A stretch of DNA of 64,000 nt from IMG/VR virus record IMGVR_UViG_3300037261_000110. One strand, given 5' to 3'. Position 1 is the first letter of the stretch. Every line of letters begins with the position of its first letter. Origin of the DNA: a virus (lineage: Duplodnaviria; Heunggongvirae; Uroviricota; Caudoviricetes). The translations under genes and the position numbers were made by a program. Of the stretch, positions 1-8,004 are shown in pieces. The notes beneath the pieces are model-generated. The model worked only from the letters and a program-made list of their open reading frames with translations, searched no databases and had not been told where the DNA came from.

Positions 1-1
1 C

Positions 2-850
2 TTTGACGGTACTTTCGTCAAGTTCAACGGTAATACCGGCGAATACACGAAGGGCCAAGATGGTACGGAGATTCCTGCTGGAACTCGTGTCGCCATCAAC
101 ATGGCTGGTGTGCATCACGGCTACATCTGTTGGGTTGAAGGTGAAGTCGTCGATCGAGCCACCGTTCTGGTCGAAGCTCCCGGCGGCGGCATCAGTAACA
201 AGCCGGACAAGAATGGTCTGGCGGATCATGGTCCGTACGAGAAGCATGACGACGGCACGCAGGACGGCTGGTCGGAACATCATCAGATTCCGATGGCTGA
301 CGAAGAGGGCGAGAAGCTGATGCTTCAGGCGTCGTCCAAGAGCGCTGTCCGCAACGTCAAGGTCTTCTACCTGGAATACGGTAAGAAGCGCTCGCAGCAC
401 GTCGACGACGATGGCAACTTCATGATTCCAGTTGTCGAGCTGGAAGTGAAGACCTTCGTTTCGAAGGCCAATCCGCGTGCCGGAAAGAAGTACGCTCCGG
501 TACTCAAGATCGTTGATTGGGTTTCTCCGACAGCTCTTGCCGACATCTTCGACGATGACGGAACTGGCGAGGAAGACAATCCGGAGAACTACGCGGCGAG
601 CGCCCAAGCGGCGGCGCCGGCAGAGAAGAAGAAGCGTGCTCCGCGCGCGGCGAAGCCCGACCCGGAGCCGGAAGCAACTGGACCAGCGCCTGCTGAGGCG
701 ATCGGACAAGCGCCAGTGGTTGAAGAGGCGCCACCGCCCGCCGAGAAGAAGCACGGCTTCGGAACGCCGGCAGTGGATCAAACGACCAAAGCAGCTGCCA
801 ATGCGGCAGCGGCTGCGGGTGCCGAAGGTCGACGCGCCAAGCGTTTCTAA
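2..850 (+). CDS. Probable phage ssDNA-binding/annealing protein (5' truncated by window edge)
   Basis: Frame is open from position 2 (FDGTFVKFNGNTGEYTKGQDGTEIPAGTRVAINM...HGYICW); low-complexity acidic/Ala-Pro C-terminal tail; lies in the replication module. Confidence 0.45.
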   Translation, partial: FDGTFVKFNGNTGEYTKGQDGTEIPAGTRVAINMAGVHHGYICWVEGEVVDRATVLVEAPGGGISNKPDKNGLADHGPYEKHDDGTQDGWSEHHQIPMADEEGEKLMLQASSKSAVRNVKVFYLEYGKKRSQHVDDDGNFMIPVVELEVKTFVSKANPRAGKKYAPVLKIVDWVSPTALADIFDDDGTGEEDNPENYAASAQAAAPAEKKKRAPRAAKPDPEPEATGPAPAEAIGQAPVVEEAPPPAEKKHGFGTPAVDQTTKAAANAAAAAGAEGRRAKRF

Positions 851-925
851 GGCAACCCCGACACTATCCGCCAGCGCGCTAACGCTGGCGGATAGACCCT
901 TTCTCGCCAACCAAAAGGTGACTAT

Positions 926-1315
926 ATGACCAACGTTAATCTCCGCAAAAATCTCGAAGCGGCTCGCGCCATCATCGACAAAGAAGTCAATGGTCAGCTT
1001 AACATGTGGGGCGACTCCAGCGAGCGCTCTGACTCGACTGAAGGTCAGCTTTTCTTTGCTGGTCTAGCACAGCTCATGGCGCTCGAAACCAAGCAAGCTG
1101 CCGGACATTGGCCTGCCATGGTTCCGGCAATCTATCCGGAGGGTTGGAGCGGTTTCCGCGACTATGGCAGCGACATTGCCAATCTGGCAGTCGGCATCGC
1201 GTTCCTGACGAATGAGATGGCGCGCAAAATTGGCCTCGGCGAAGATACCTATCGTCGTCCACGCGACAGCTCCGATACGCCGTACGCTGATCCGCAGCCG
1301 GCAGCTTTCGAATGA
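926..1315 (+). CDS. Hypothetical protein
   Basis: 129-aa ORF, ATG start, overlaps the next gene by ATGA. Confidence 0.7.
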   Translation: MTNVNLRKNLEAARAIIDKEVNGQLNMWGDSSERSDSTEGQLFFAGLAQLMALETKQAAGHWPAMVPAIYPEGWSGFRDYGSDIANLAVGIAFLTNEMARKIGLGEDTYRRPRDSSDTPYADPQPAAFE

Positions 1316-1776
1316 GCGAGGACAACAAGCCGCGCGTCGTTTGCCTTTGCGGCTCGACGCGCTTCCAGGACGCGTTCGATATTCTGAACGCCCACTTGTC
1401 GCTGCAAGGGGATATCGTCATTAGCTGTGGTTTATTCGGTCATACTGACGAGCCGCAGGGTGCGAAGTTTCTGACTTCGGACGGTAACTCGTGCAAGGAG
1501 AAGACTGCGCTCGACGAACTGCACAAGCGCAAGATCGATCTTTGCGACTGCATCTACATCGTCAATTTCGGTGGGTATGTCGGAGACTCAACGAAGAATG
1601 AAATATCGTATGCCATCAAACATAACAAGGGCATCTATTTCATGTTTCCGCCGTCCGACGAAACGCTTTGCATTGTCCGTGACGCGCGTAATGACAGGTT
1701 CGCCAACAGCAAAGCCGGTCAGGAACTGCAAGCGTCTTACGACGCGGAGAAGAATAATGCTACCCACACTGTCTGA
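1312..1776 (+). CDS. Nucleoside 2-deoxyribosyltransferase-like (DUF4406-type) protein
   Basis: VVCLCGSTRF...LHKRKIDLCDCIYIVNFGGYVGDSTKNEI motif pattern. Confidence 0.6.
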   Translation: MSEDNKPRVVCLCGSTRFQDAFDILNAHLSLQGDIVISCGLFGHTDEPQGAKFLTSDGNSCKEKTALDELHKRKIDLCDCIYIVNFGGYVGDSTKNEISYAIKHNKGIYFMFPPSDETLCIVRDARNDRFANSKAGQELQASYDAEKNNATHTV

Positions 1777-3067
1777 ACATCAGATGGGAGCAATCAACGG
1801 CGTTAAGGACTGGTACAAGGACGATCCGCTAAAGCGACACTTCTATCTCGGAGGTTTTGCTGGAACCGGTAAAAGCACCTTACTACCAGTTTTGATTGAC
1901 GCCCTTGATATCGATCCGTCTGACATCGCATTCATGGCGCCAACCGGTAAGGCGGCACGCGTCATGCGTACGAAGCTGAAAGAGGCGGACGTGTCTGCGG
2001 ATTGCAAGACGATCCACTCGTCGATTTATCTGCCGTCCAGCCAAAAAGCTGACGTGTTGGAAAAGCAGAAGCTCGCGCTCGAAATGCAGATTGATTCTTA
2101 CGGGCTCACTCAAGGCACGCAAGCACCCGACGATCTTCTCTACAAGCTTCAGGTTTTGAATGCCGAACTCGACGAAGCTTATATCGAGAATGAGGGACCG
2201 AGATTCTTTCTGAACATCGAAAGTCCGGTGTTCAATCGCAAGCTTATCATCTGTGACGAAGCGTCTATGGTCGGAGCCCGCATTGCGGATGATCTATATA
2301 AGATGGGCGTGCCGCTGGTCGCGATCGGCGATCCTGGTCAGTTACCGCCTGTCAAGGACGACGCAGGACTCACCGATCGCGATCCAGATTACTTCCTGAC
2401 GGAAATCCACCGTCAAGCCGCTGACAATCCGATCATTTGGCTTTCGAAACTGGCACGTGACGGAAAAGACATTCCAGTCGGAAACTATGGCGACGCGGTT
2501 CGTGTCGTAAGACGCCGCGATGACGATTTGACGTTCAATCCGGAAGTTAATGTCCAGATCATTGTCGGGACGCATAAAAAGCGCTGGCGTGTCAATGAAG
2601 GCGTTCGCAACATGATGGGGTATAAGTCGTCTGGTCCGTGCGCTGGCGAGCCGCTGCTTGTTTGTAAAAACTCTCGAAATACCCCGTCGCTCATAAATGG
2701 TTTGCCGGTGCTGTGTGTCGAAGATGTTGGCGATCTAACTCCCGGCATCGCTACATTTCCACTTCGCATTCAAGAAGAAGAAGGTGGGACTATCCGTTGG
2801 GTTCAAGCCTGCCAGGGTATTTTCGAGGAAACCTTCCTGAAGCAGAAGGACGGTTTTTCCTGTGACATTCAAGCTGCCTACAAGGCGAAGAAGTTTGCCG
2901 AGCACATCGATTGGGGCTGGTGTCTTACTTGCCACAAGGCGCAAGGGAGCCAGTGGGATGCTGTCGTTTTGCATGATGAAAGCTCTTGTTTTCGAGAAGA
3001 CGCGCGTAAATGGCTCTATACTGGAATAACTCGGGCCGCAGAAAAATTGATGATTGTTTACCCGTGA
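1757..3067 (+). CDS. RecD2/Dda-like SF1B DNA helicase
   Basis: Walker A GFAGTGKST, APTGKAA, DEASMV, GDPGQLPPV, TCHKAQGSQW, YTGITRA; probable start ATG 1757. Confidence 0.92.
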   Translation: MLPTLSEHQMGAINGVKDWYKDDPLKRHFYLGGFAGTGKSTLLPVLIDALDIDPSDIAFMAPTGKAARVMRTKLKEADVSADCKTIHSSIYLPSSQKADVLEKQKLALEMQIDSYGLTQGTQAPDDLLYKLQVLNAELDEAYIENEGPRFFLNIESPVFNRKLIICDEASMVGARIADDLYKMGVPLVAIGDPGQLPPVKDDAGLTDRDPDYFLTEIHRQAADNPIIWLSKLARDGKDIPVGNYGDAVRVVRRRDDDLTFNPEVNVQIIVGTHKKRWRVNEGVRNMMGYKSSGPCAGEPLLVCKNSRNTPSLINGLPVLCVEDVGDLTPGIATFPLRIQEEEGGTIRWVQACQGIFEETFLKQKDGFSCDIQAAYKAKKFAEHIDWGWCLTCHKAQGSQWDAVVLHDESSCFREDARKWLYTGITRAAEKLMIVYP

Positions 3068-3531
3068 CGACTTATTCCAAAGATAGAACGAAAGAGGAAA
3101 TACGAACCCTGAAACGTGAAAAGCAGCGAGAGTATCGTTCGAGACCAGAAATTCAAGAACGACAAGCTCGCTATTTGGAGCTACACAGGGACGAGAAAAT
3201 AAAGTACGATAAAGATCGACAAGCCAAGCCGGAAATAAAAGAAAGGCGATTCGATCTTCAGAAAAGACAAATGTACGGGATAACTGCCGAAGAGTATAAA
3301 GCTAAGCTTGTGCAGCAGAACTACGTTTGTGAAAGTTGTAAGAAGCCAGAGGAGCGTATTGATTATCGTAGCGGTAAACCGTTTAGTCTAGCGGTTGATC
3401 ACAATCACTATACTGGTGAAGTGAGAGGACTTCTCTGTACTAAATGCAACATCTCGCTAGGATTGGTCGATGATAAACCAGAAATTCTGGTTAAATATCT
3501 TGCAAAATATAACGGAAAGATGTATCCATGA
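3064..3531 (+). CDS. Endonuclease VII-type HNH (putative free-standing homing endonuclease) #1
   Basis: YGIT..Y...Q...CESC...LAVDHNH.TGEVRGLLCTKCN.SLG; A-rich codons; GTG start overlaps the helicase stop. Confidence 0.88.
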   Translation: MTTYSKDRTKEEIRTLKREKQREYRSRPEIQERQARYLELHRDEKIKYDKDRQAKPEIKERRFDLQKRQMYGITAEEYKAKLVQQNYVCESCKKPEERIDYRSGKPFSLAVDHNHYTGEVRGLLCTKCNISLGLVDDKPEILVKYLAKYNGKMYP

Positions 3532-3743
3532 TCAAGTTCAAATTATTCACTTGCAGGGAAGACGAGCTTGACGGCGAAGTCAATAACTGGTTGGGAACTC
3601 TTCGTAAGAATTTCTCGATCATCTCAACTAACCTGTTCATGTTACGCCGCGAAAGCGGAGGCTTGGGTGGCGCAGCTGGCGGCGGCGGCGGCGGTACGTA
3701 TGTAAGTTATACCGTCATGTATTTCGAAAGGAATGGCTCATGA
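3528..3743 (+). CDS. Hypothetical protein
   Basis: 71 aa, ATGA overlaps on both sides. Confidence 0.6.
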   Translation: MIKFKLFTCREDELDGEVNNWLGTLRKNFSIISTNLFMLRRESGGLGGAAGGGGGGTYVSYTVMYFERNGS

Positions 3744-3925
3744 GTGATCAATTTGCTATCCGCATGTTCAATAACTTCACGCCAGTCGATGCTTGGCTCG
3801 ATCAAGTTAGGGTGAAGCTGACGCCGGAAGAGTACGAAGAGTTTGATCGGCTCATGCGCGAGGCGAGCGAGAAAACTCAGATGGATCACTTCGAGCTGAT
3901 TGATGATGCGAAAGAACCTGGATAA
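3740..3925 (+). CDS. Hypothetical protein
   Basis: 61 aa, coupled to neighbours. Confidence 0.55.
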   Translation: MSDQFAIRMFNNFTPVDAWLDQVRVKLTPEEYEEFDRLMREASEKTQMDHFELIDDAKEPG

Positions 3926-4099
3926 ACTGCCGGTTCTAGCTGGTTTGATTGTTACGTTTACTGTGATGAATGTTGGTGCTGTAGAAACACCAAATCCACC
4001 GTTCACTGCTTTTAACGTTACTTGGATGGCAGGGACCCTGATTTCCGCTCTGCTGTTTATTCACTTCGGTATGCGGGCGATCAAAGAATGGGAAATCTA

Positions 4100-4711
4100 A
4101 TGCACGACTCCCCTCGAATGATGGAAATGTTTCGCATGTTCAATGAAGCAACGGAAAGAAAAGCCGATAAGCCTTTGGGAACCAATCCGAAGGATCGCAT
4201 CGGTAGTACAAAGGTGTCGATCACTAAATTGCCAGCTGCCGGCGTTATTCACGGCGCGCATGCCATGGTAGACGGCGCCGAGAAGTACGGTCCTTTCAAC
4301 TGGCGCGATAACAAAGTTATTGCATCTATCTATGTTGATGCTGCAATACGTCACTTGCTTAACTGGTTCGAGGGACAAGAGTTGGCTACTGATTCCGAGG
4401 TTCATCATCTTGGGCACGCTATCGCTTGTTGTGCTATTCTTCTTGACGCGCAAGAGACTGGCAATCTGGTCGACGATCGTCCTGTGTGCGGTGATCCCGA
4501 TGTTGCCGATCGTATCCTGAATCGTTTGGCTGCGATTATCAAGCGTCGCAAGGAAGCCAAGACAGTCACCATGAATTTCAAGCCAAACGATCTTGAACTG
4601 CCGATCGCAAATCCTCCGATGAAAGGTCCGGTGATCGACGCCTTAGCGAGTGGTTTCGTCGGTGCCAGCGTAAGTCCACTCGCTCTGATTGGGAATGGCA
4701 ATGCCAAGTGA
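4100..4711 (+). CDS. dATP/dGTP diphosphohydrolase (DUF5664 family)
   Basis: TNPKDRIGSTK...GAEKYGPFNWR...DAAIRHLLNWFEGQE...DSEVHHLGHAIACCAILLD. Confidence 0.85.
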   Translation: MHDSPRMMEMFRMFNEATERKADKPLGTNPKDRIGSTKVSITKLPAAGVIHGAHAMVDGAEKYGPFNWRDNKVIASIYVDAAIRHLLNWFEGQELATDSEVHHLGHAIACCAILLDAQETGNLVDDRPVCGDPDVADRILNRLAAIIKRRKEAKTVTMNFKPNDLELPIANPPMKGPVIDALASGFVGASVSPLALIGNGNAK

Positions 4712-4988
4712 ATTCAAAAGTCGCGATTACCCATTCGGTCGCGAAGGCGTTGATACTTTGATCGTGTGTCATCACGAAGGACACATGCATCAGGTCATAA
4801 AAGCCTTTGGCATGAAGGCTAAATATGTCACCTGGGGCGCAGCCTTAATGGGCTCGCGTTTCAATACAATCATTGTTTTCAGACCGTCAAGTACCGATTC
4901 CAAAGTTGAAAATGAAGCAAAAGAACGCTGGTTTCAAGAGAGCGTCCGTTGTCGACTAGCCAAAGATGGTGAGTTGTATATAGTATGA
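4689..4988 (+). CDS. Hypothetical protein
   Basis: ~99 aa between DUF5664 and thyX, coupled to both. Confidence 0.55.
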   Translation: MGMAMPSEFKSRDYPFGREGVDTLIVCHHEGHMHQVIKAFGMKAKYVTWGAALMGSRFNTIIVFRPSSTDSKVENEAKERWFQESVRCRLAKDGELYIV

Positions 4989-5920
4989 CAATCGAATCCA
5001 AAATCATCTTGGACTCAATCGGACCTGAAGGGCAACGTCTTACCACTTTTCAGCTCAAGTATCCTCGCTTTGTCCACGCCGACTTTATGACGCATCGCGT
5101 CTTCTCGCGCAATGCATCATCTTCGCGCGCGACGCCGGTGTCACGCACCATTCGTGATATCCGTGCCGATCCGGCAATTCCGATGGTTTGGGCGGCAAAC
5201 CAGAAGGGTATGCAGGGTGGCGACGAGCTGCCACGCTGGAAGCGCGCACTTTGTCGAGCTGGCTGGCTCGGCGGTATGTATGTGATGACTTCGATAGCCG
5301 GTGTGCTAGCGAAGCTCGGGCTGCACAAGCAGTATGTCAATCGCTTGACAGAACCTTGGGTTCATATCAGCGTCGTCGTTACGAGTACGCAGTGGAAAAA
5401 CTTCGTCAAGCTTCGCGCGCACGAAGCTGCGATGCCAGAACTTCAGGTTTTAGGCTCATACATTCGTCGTGATCTAACGGCGTCCGACCCGCAGATTTTG
5501 GATCACGATCAGTGGCATCTGCCTTACGTCGACATATCGTGCGACAAAATGAGTTTGGGAGCTGCCATACTATCGGGAGAGATCAGTCTCGATCAAATGG
5601 GAGCTGATCTAACCTCCGGGTTAATCAAGCTCTCGGCGGCACGTTGCGCTCGTGTTTCGTATCTAACGCACGACAAGAAAAACCCAAAAGTTGTCGACGA
5701 CATAAAACTCTACGAGCGCCTTACCGGTGGTGATCCTATCCACGCTTCACCAACGGAACACCAAGCCAAACCCGACTACCTGAATAACCTTTTTGGGTGG
5801 GCCTGCCCGCACTATCACGGCAATCTCCCAGGTTGGCAGCAGCATCGCAAATTCCTGGTCGGGGAAGATGCGGAAATCGAACGTCCAAAAAGAAAGTATG
5901 AGGACAATTATGGGAACTAA
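4985..5920 (+). CDS. thyX: Flavin-dependent thymidylate synthase (phage ThyX-like)
   Basis: TTFQLKYPRFVHADFMTHRVFSRNASSSRA, HKQYVNRLTEPW, SAARCARVSY, HASPTEHQA. Confidence 0.85.
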   Translation: MTIESKIILDSIGPEGQRLTTFQLKYPRFVHADFMTHRVFSRNASSSRATPVSRTIRDIRADPAIPMVWAANQKGMQGGDELPRWKRALCRAGWLGGMYVMTSIAGVLAKLGLHKQYVNRLTEPWVHISVVVTSTQWKNFVKLRAHEAAMPELQVLGSYIRRDLTASDPQILDHDQWHLPYVDISCDKMSLGAAILSGEISLDQMGADLTSGLIKLSAARCARVSYLTHDKKNPKVVDDIKLYERLTGGDPIHASPTEHQAKPDYLNNLFGWACPHYHGNLPGWQQHRKFLVGEDAEIERPKRKYEDNYGN

Positions 5921-6176
5921 GGCAACGATCACTCTGTTCGAGACCGAACAAGAGGACAACAAAATCATCGAGTCGATGACGATCGACTACGAAGTCGATA
6001 AGGACGCGGACGGCAATGTTATTCTTCGCTCCAACGTCATCGGCATATCTCGCGTCATCTTTGAGCTGTTCAAGTTTGGCATCCTGGATCGCATGACGGC
6101 GGCGTTCATCCCGGCACCGAAACCGCCCGAGCCTGTCACGGCAACTGACGAAGTGCAGCCCGATAATGTCAGTTAG
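5910..6176 (+). CDS. Hypothetical protein
   Basis: ATG at 5910 after AGGA, 88 aa. Confidence 0.6.
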   Translation: MGTKATITLFETEQEDNKIIESMTIDYEVDKDADGNVILRSNVIGISRVIFELFKFGILDRMTAAFIPAPKPPEPVTATDEVQPDNVS

Positions 6177-6879
6177 CTTTATCATCCCGGCGCACAACGA
6201 AGAGCACTTACTACCGACGTGTTTGCAGTCGATCTTTTCCGAAATCAAGAGGACCGAGCTGCAACACACCGAAGTCATTGTCGTTGACAACGGCAGCACG
6301 GACCACACTGCGGACATGGCACGTGCTTTCGGCGCGACGGTTATCTCCTGCGCTGAAAAGGGCTTAACCAAGGCGAAGCAGGCCGGGCATAACGCTGCGA
6401 CGAATCAGTTTGAGGCGTATATCGACGCCGATAACATACTTCCGACCGGCTGGCTGACCACTGCTTTGAAAGCCTTCAACGATCCCGCCGTCGTTGGGGC
6501 TTCTGGACCGCTGGTTTTCTATGATCTGCCCGAGTGGCATCGAAAGCTCACGCGCGTCTGGTACGGGATTGCCGATCCACTGAACAGCCTTATGGGACGT
6601 TGGCTACAAGGTGGCAACTATATTGTCCGTAAGCGTGCCATAGACAAGATTGGCGGGTATGATACGTCGATTGATTTTTATGGCGAGGATACTGCTATCG
6701 CCAAGCGTCTATCGCGTGTCGGAAAGATCAAGTTCCTGCCTGGACTTCGCATCCTATCGTCCGGTCGTCGACTGGAACATCAAGGTATTTTCAACACCGG
6801 AATGCACTACGCGCTGAACTACTTTTCCGTAACATTGTTCGGAAAGCCGGTGACGAAGAGCCACGAGGATTACCGTTGA
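6166..6879 (+). CDS. Glycosyltransferase family 2
   Basis: SFIIPAHNEE, IVVDNGSTD, YIDAD (DxD), FYGEDT, SGRR. Confidence 0.92.
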   Translation: MSVSFIIPAHNEEHLLPTCLQSIFSEIKRTELQHTEVIVVDNGSTDHTADMARAFGATVISCAEKGLTKAKQAGHNAATNQFEAYIDADNILPTGWLTTALKAFNDPAVVGASGPLVFYDLPEWHRKLTRVWYGIADPLNSLMGRWLQGGNYIVRKRAIDKIGGYDTSIDFYGEDTAIAKRLSRVGKIKFLPGLRILSSGRRLEHQGIFNTGMHYALNYFSVTLFGKPVTKSHEDYR

Positions 6880-7547
6880 AATATCGTACGCTCTTTCTTT
6901 CCGACTTTCATCTCGGAACGCAATGGTGTCGGAAGTTTGATCTGCTCAGCTTTCTCGACGAGAATACGGCTGACCGCTATTATCTCGTTGGCGATATTAT
7001 TGACGAATGGGCGCGCAATTATAAGTCCAACTGGTATTGGGATTATTGGTGCGACGAGATCATGAAGAAGTTCACTGATCCGAAACGCGATGTAATCTAT
7101 CTGCCGGGTAATCACGATCAGTACGGTATTCCTCTGACGCTGTTTCCGAACGTTCACATATCGAGTTCATATCGACATGTTACCGCAAACGGGAAATGTT
7201 TTCTTGTAACGCACGGACACCAGGAGGATATATCGGTCGTATCGATGTCCTGGATGAAGTCGCTTGGATTACTCAAGCTCGCCAATCCTCGCGTAGATGG
7301 CAGCTCGAACAAAATCATGAACATGTTCGATGATCGAGCGAAGAACAGGCTTATCAAAAAGGCGATCAATTTAGGACTAGACGGCATAATTTGCGGGCAT
7401 ACTCACCAGCCAATGATGGAGTACGTCAAGCGCGGGGAAACCATCATCACGTACATCAATTGTGGCGATTGGATCAGGAATTGCACGGCGATAGCCGAGA
7501 ACTTTGACGGCAGCTTTGAAATTTTACATGGGAACGGGGATAAATGA
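6876..7547 (+). CDS. LpxH-like metallophosphoesterase (UDP-2,3-diacylglucosamine diphosphatase family)
   Basis: LFLSDFHLG, LVGDIID, GNHD, HGH, CGHTH, YINCGDW..CTA. Confidence 0.85.
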   Translation: MKYRTLFLSDFHLGTQWCRKFDLLSFLDENTADRYYLVGDIIDEWARNYKSNWYWDYWCDEIMKKFTDPKRDVIYLPGNHDQYGIPLTLFPNVHISSSYRHVTANGKCFLVTHGHQEDISVVSMSWMKSLGLLKLANPRVDGSSNKIMNMFDDRAKNRLIKKAINLGLDGIICGHTHQPMMEYVKRGETIITYINCGDWIRNCTAIAENFDGSFEILHGNGDK

Positions 7548-7867
7548 CGCAGAACAATAAACCAACAAAAGAAGTGCTGGAAAAGCATCGCGAGATCAGA
7601 ACAAGAGAGTGGATAGCAAGATGTTTTGGTGTGAGCATTTCAACTGTACGCAGATGGGTTCAGAGTTACAACCTACAGCGTCGTCGTCGTGACATGCCCA
7701 AGCCATTGGCAATGCGCACAGACTTCGATTCTGGAATTACGATAGTTGAAAAAGCTAAACGAATTCTAGGAGTTAGACTTTGCGAACGTAGGGAAGGCTA
7801 CTTCTTGGATGGACGCCCGTGCAATATCAACGATGTGCTGAAGGCGGCAAATATAGTCGAAAAATAA
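7544..7867 (+). CDS. Helix-turn-helix DNA-binding protein
   Basis: REWIARCFGVSISTVRRWV HTH signature. Confidence 0.7.
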   Translation: MTQNNKPTKEVLEKHREIRTREWIARCFGVSISTVRRWVQSYNLQRRRRDMPKPLAMRTDFDSGITIVEKAKRILGVRLCERREGYFLDGRPCNINDVLKAANIVEK

Positions 7868-7891
7868 CTTTGGCCCTTTTTGCCTTTTCAC

Positions 7892-7920
7892 TTGCCAAGT
7901 CGGGCTCGCGGAGGTACACT
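7892..7920 (+). promoter_or_regulatory. Sigma70-type promoter upstream of nrdJ
   Basis: TTGCCA-N17-TACACT. Confidence 0.6.
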
Positions 7921-7947
7921 GCACTTTCAAAATTGGAACCCTAATGT

Positions 7948-7986
7948 ACGCCGTGCGCAGCACGTTTTGCGCACGGCGTTTTTTAT
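7948..7986 (+). terminator. Rho-independent terminator between the promoter and nrdJ
   Basis: ACGCCGTGCGCA-gcacgttt-TGCGCACGGCGT (12 bp) followed by a T-run. Confidence 0.8.
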
Positions 7987-8004
7987 TGTCAAAAAGGCAC
8001 TACA

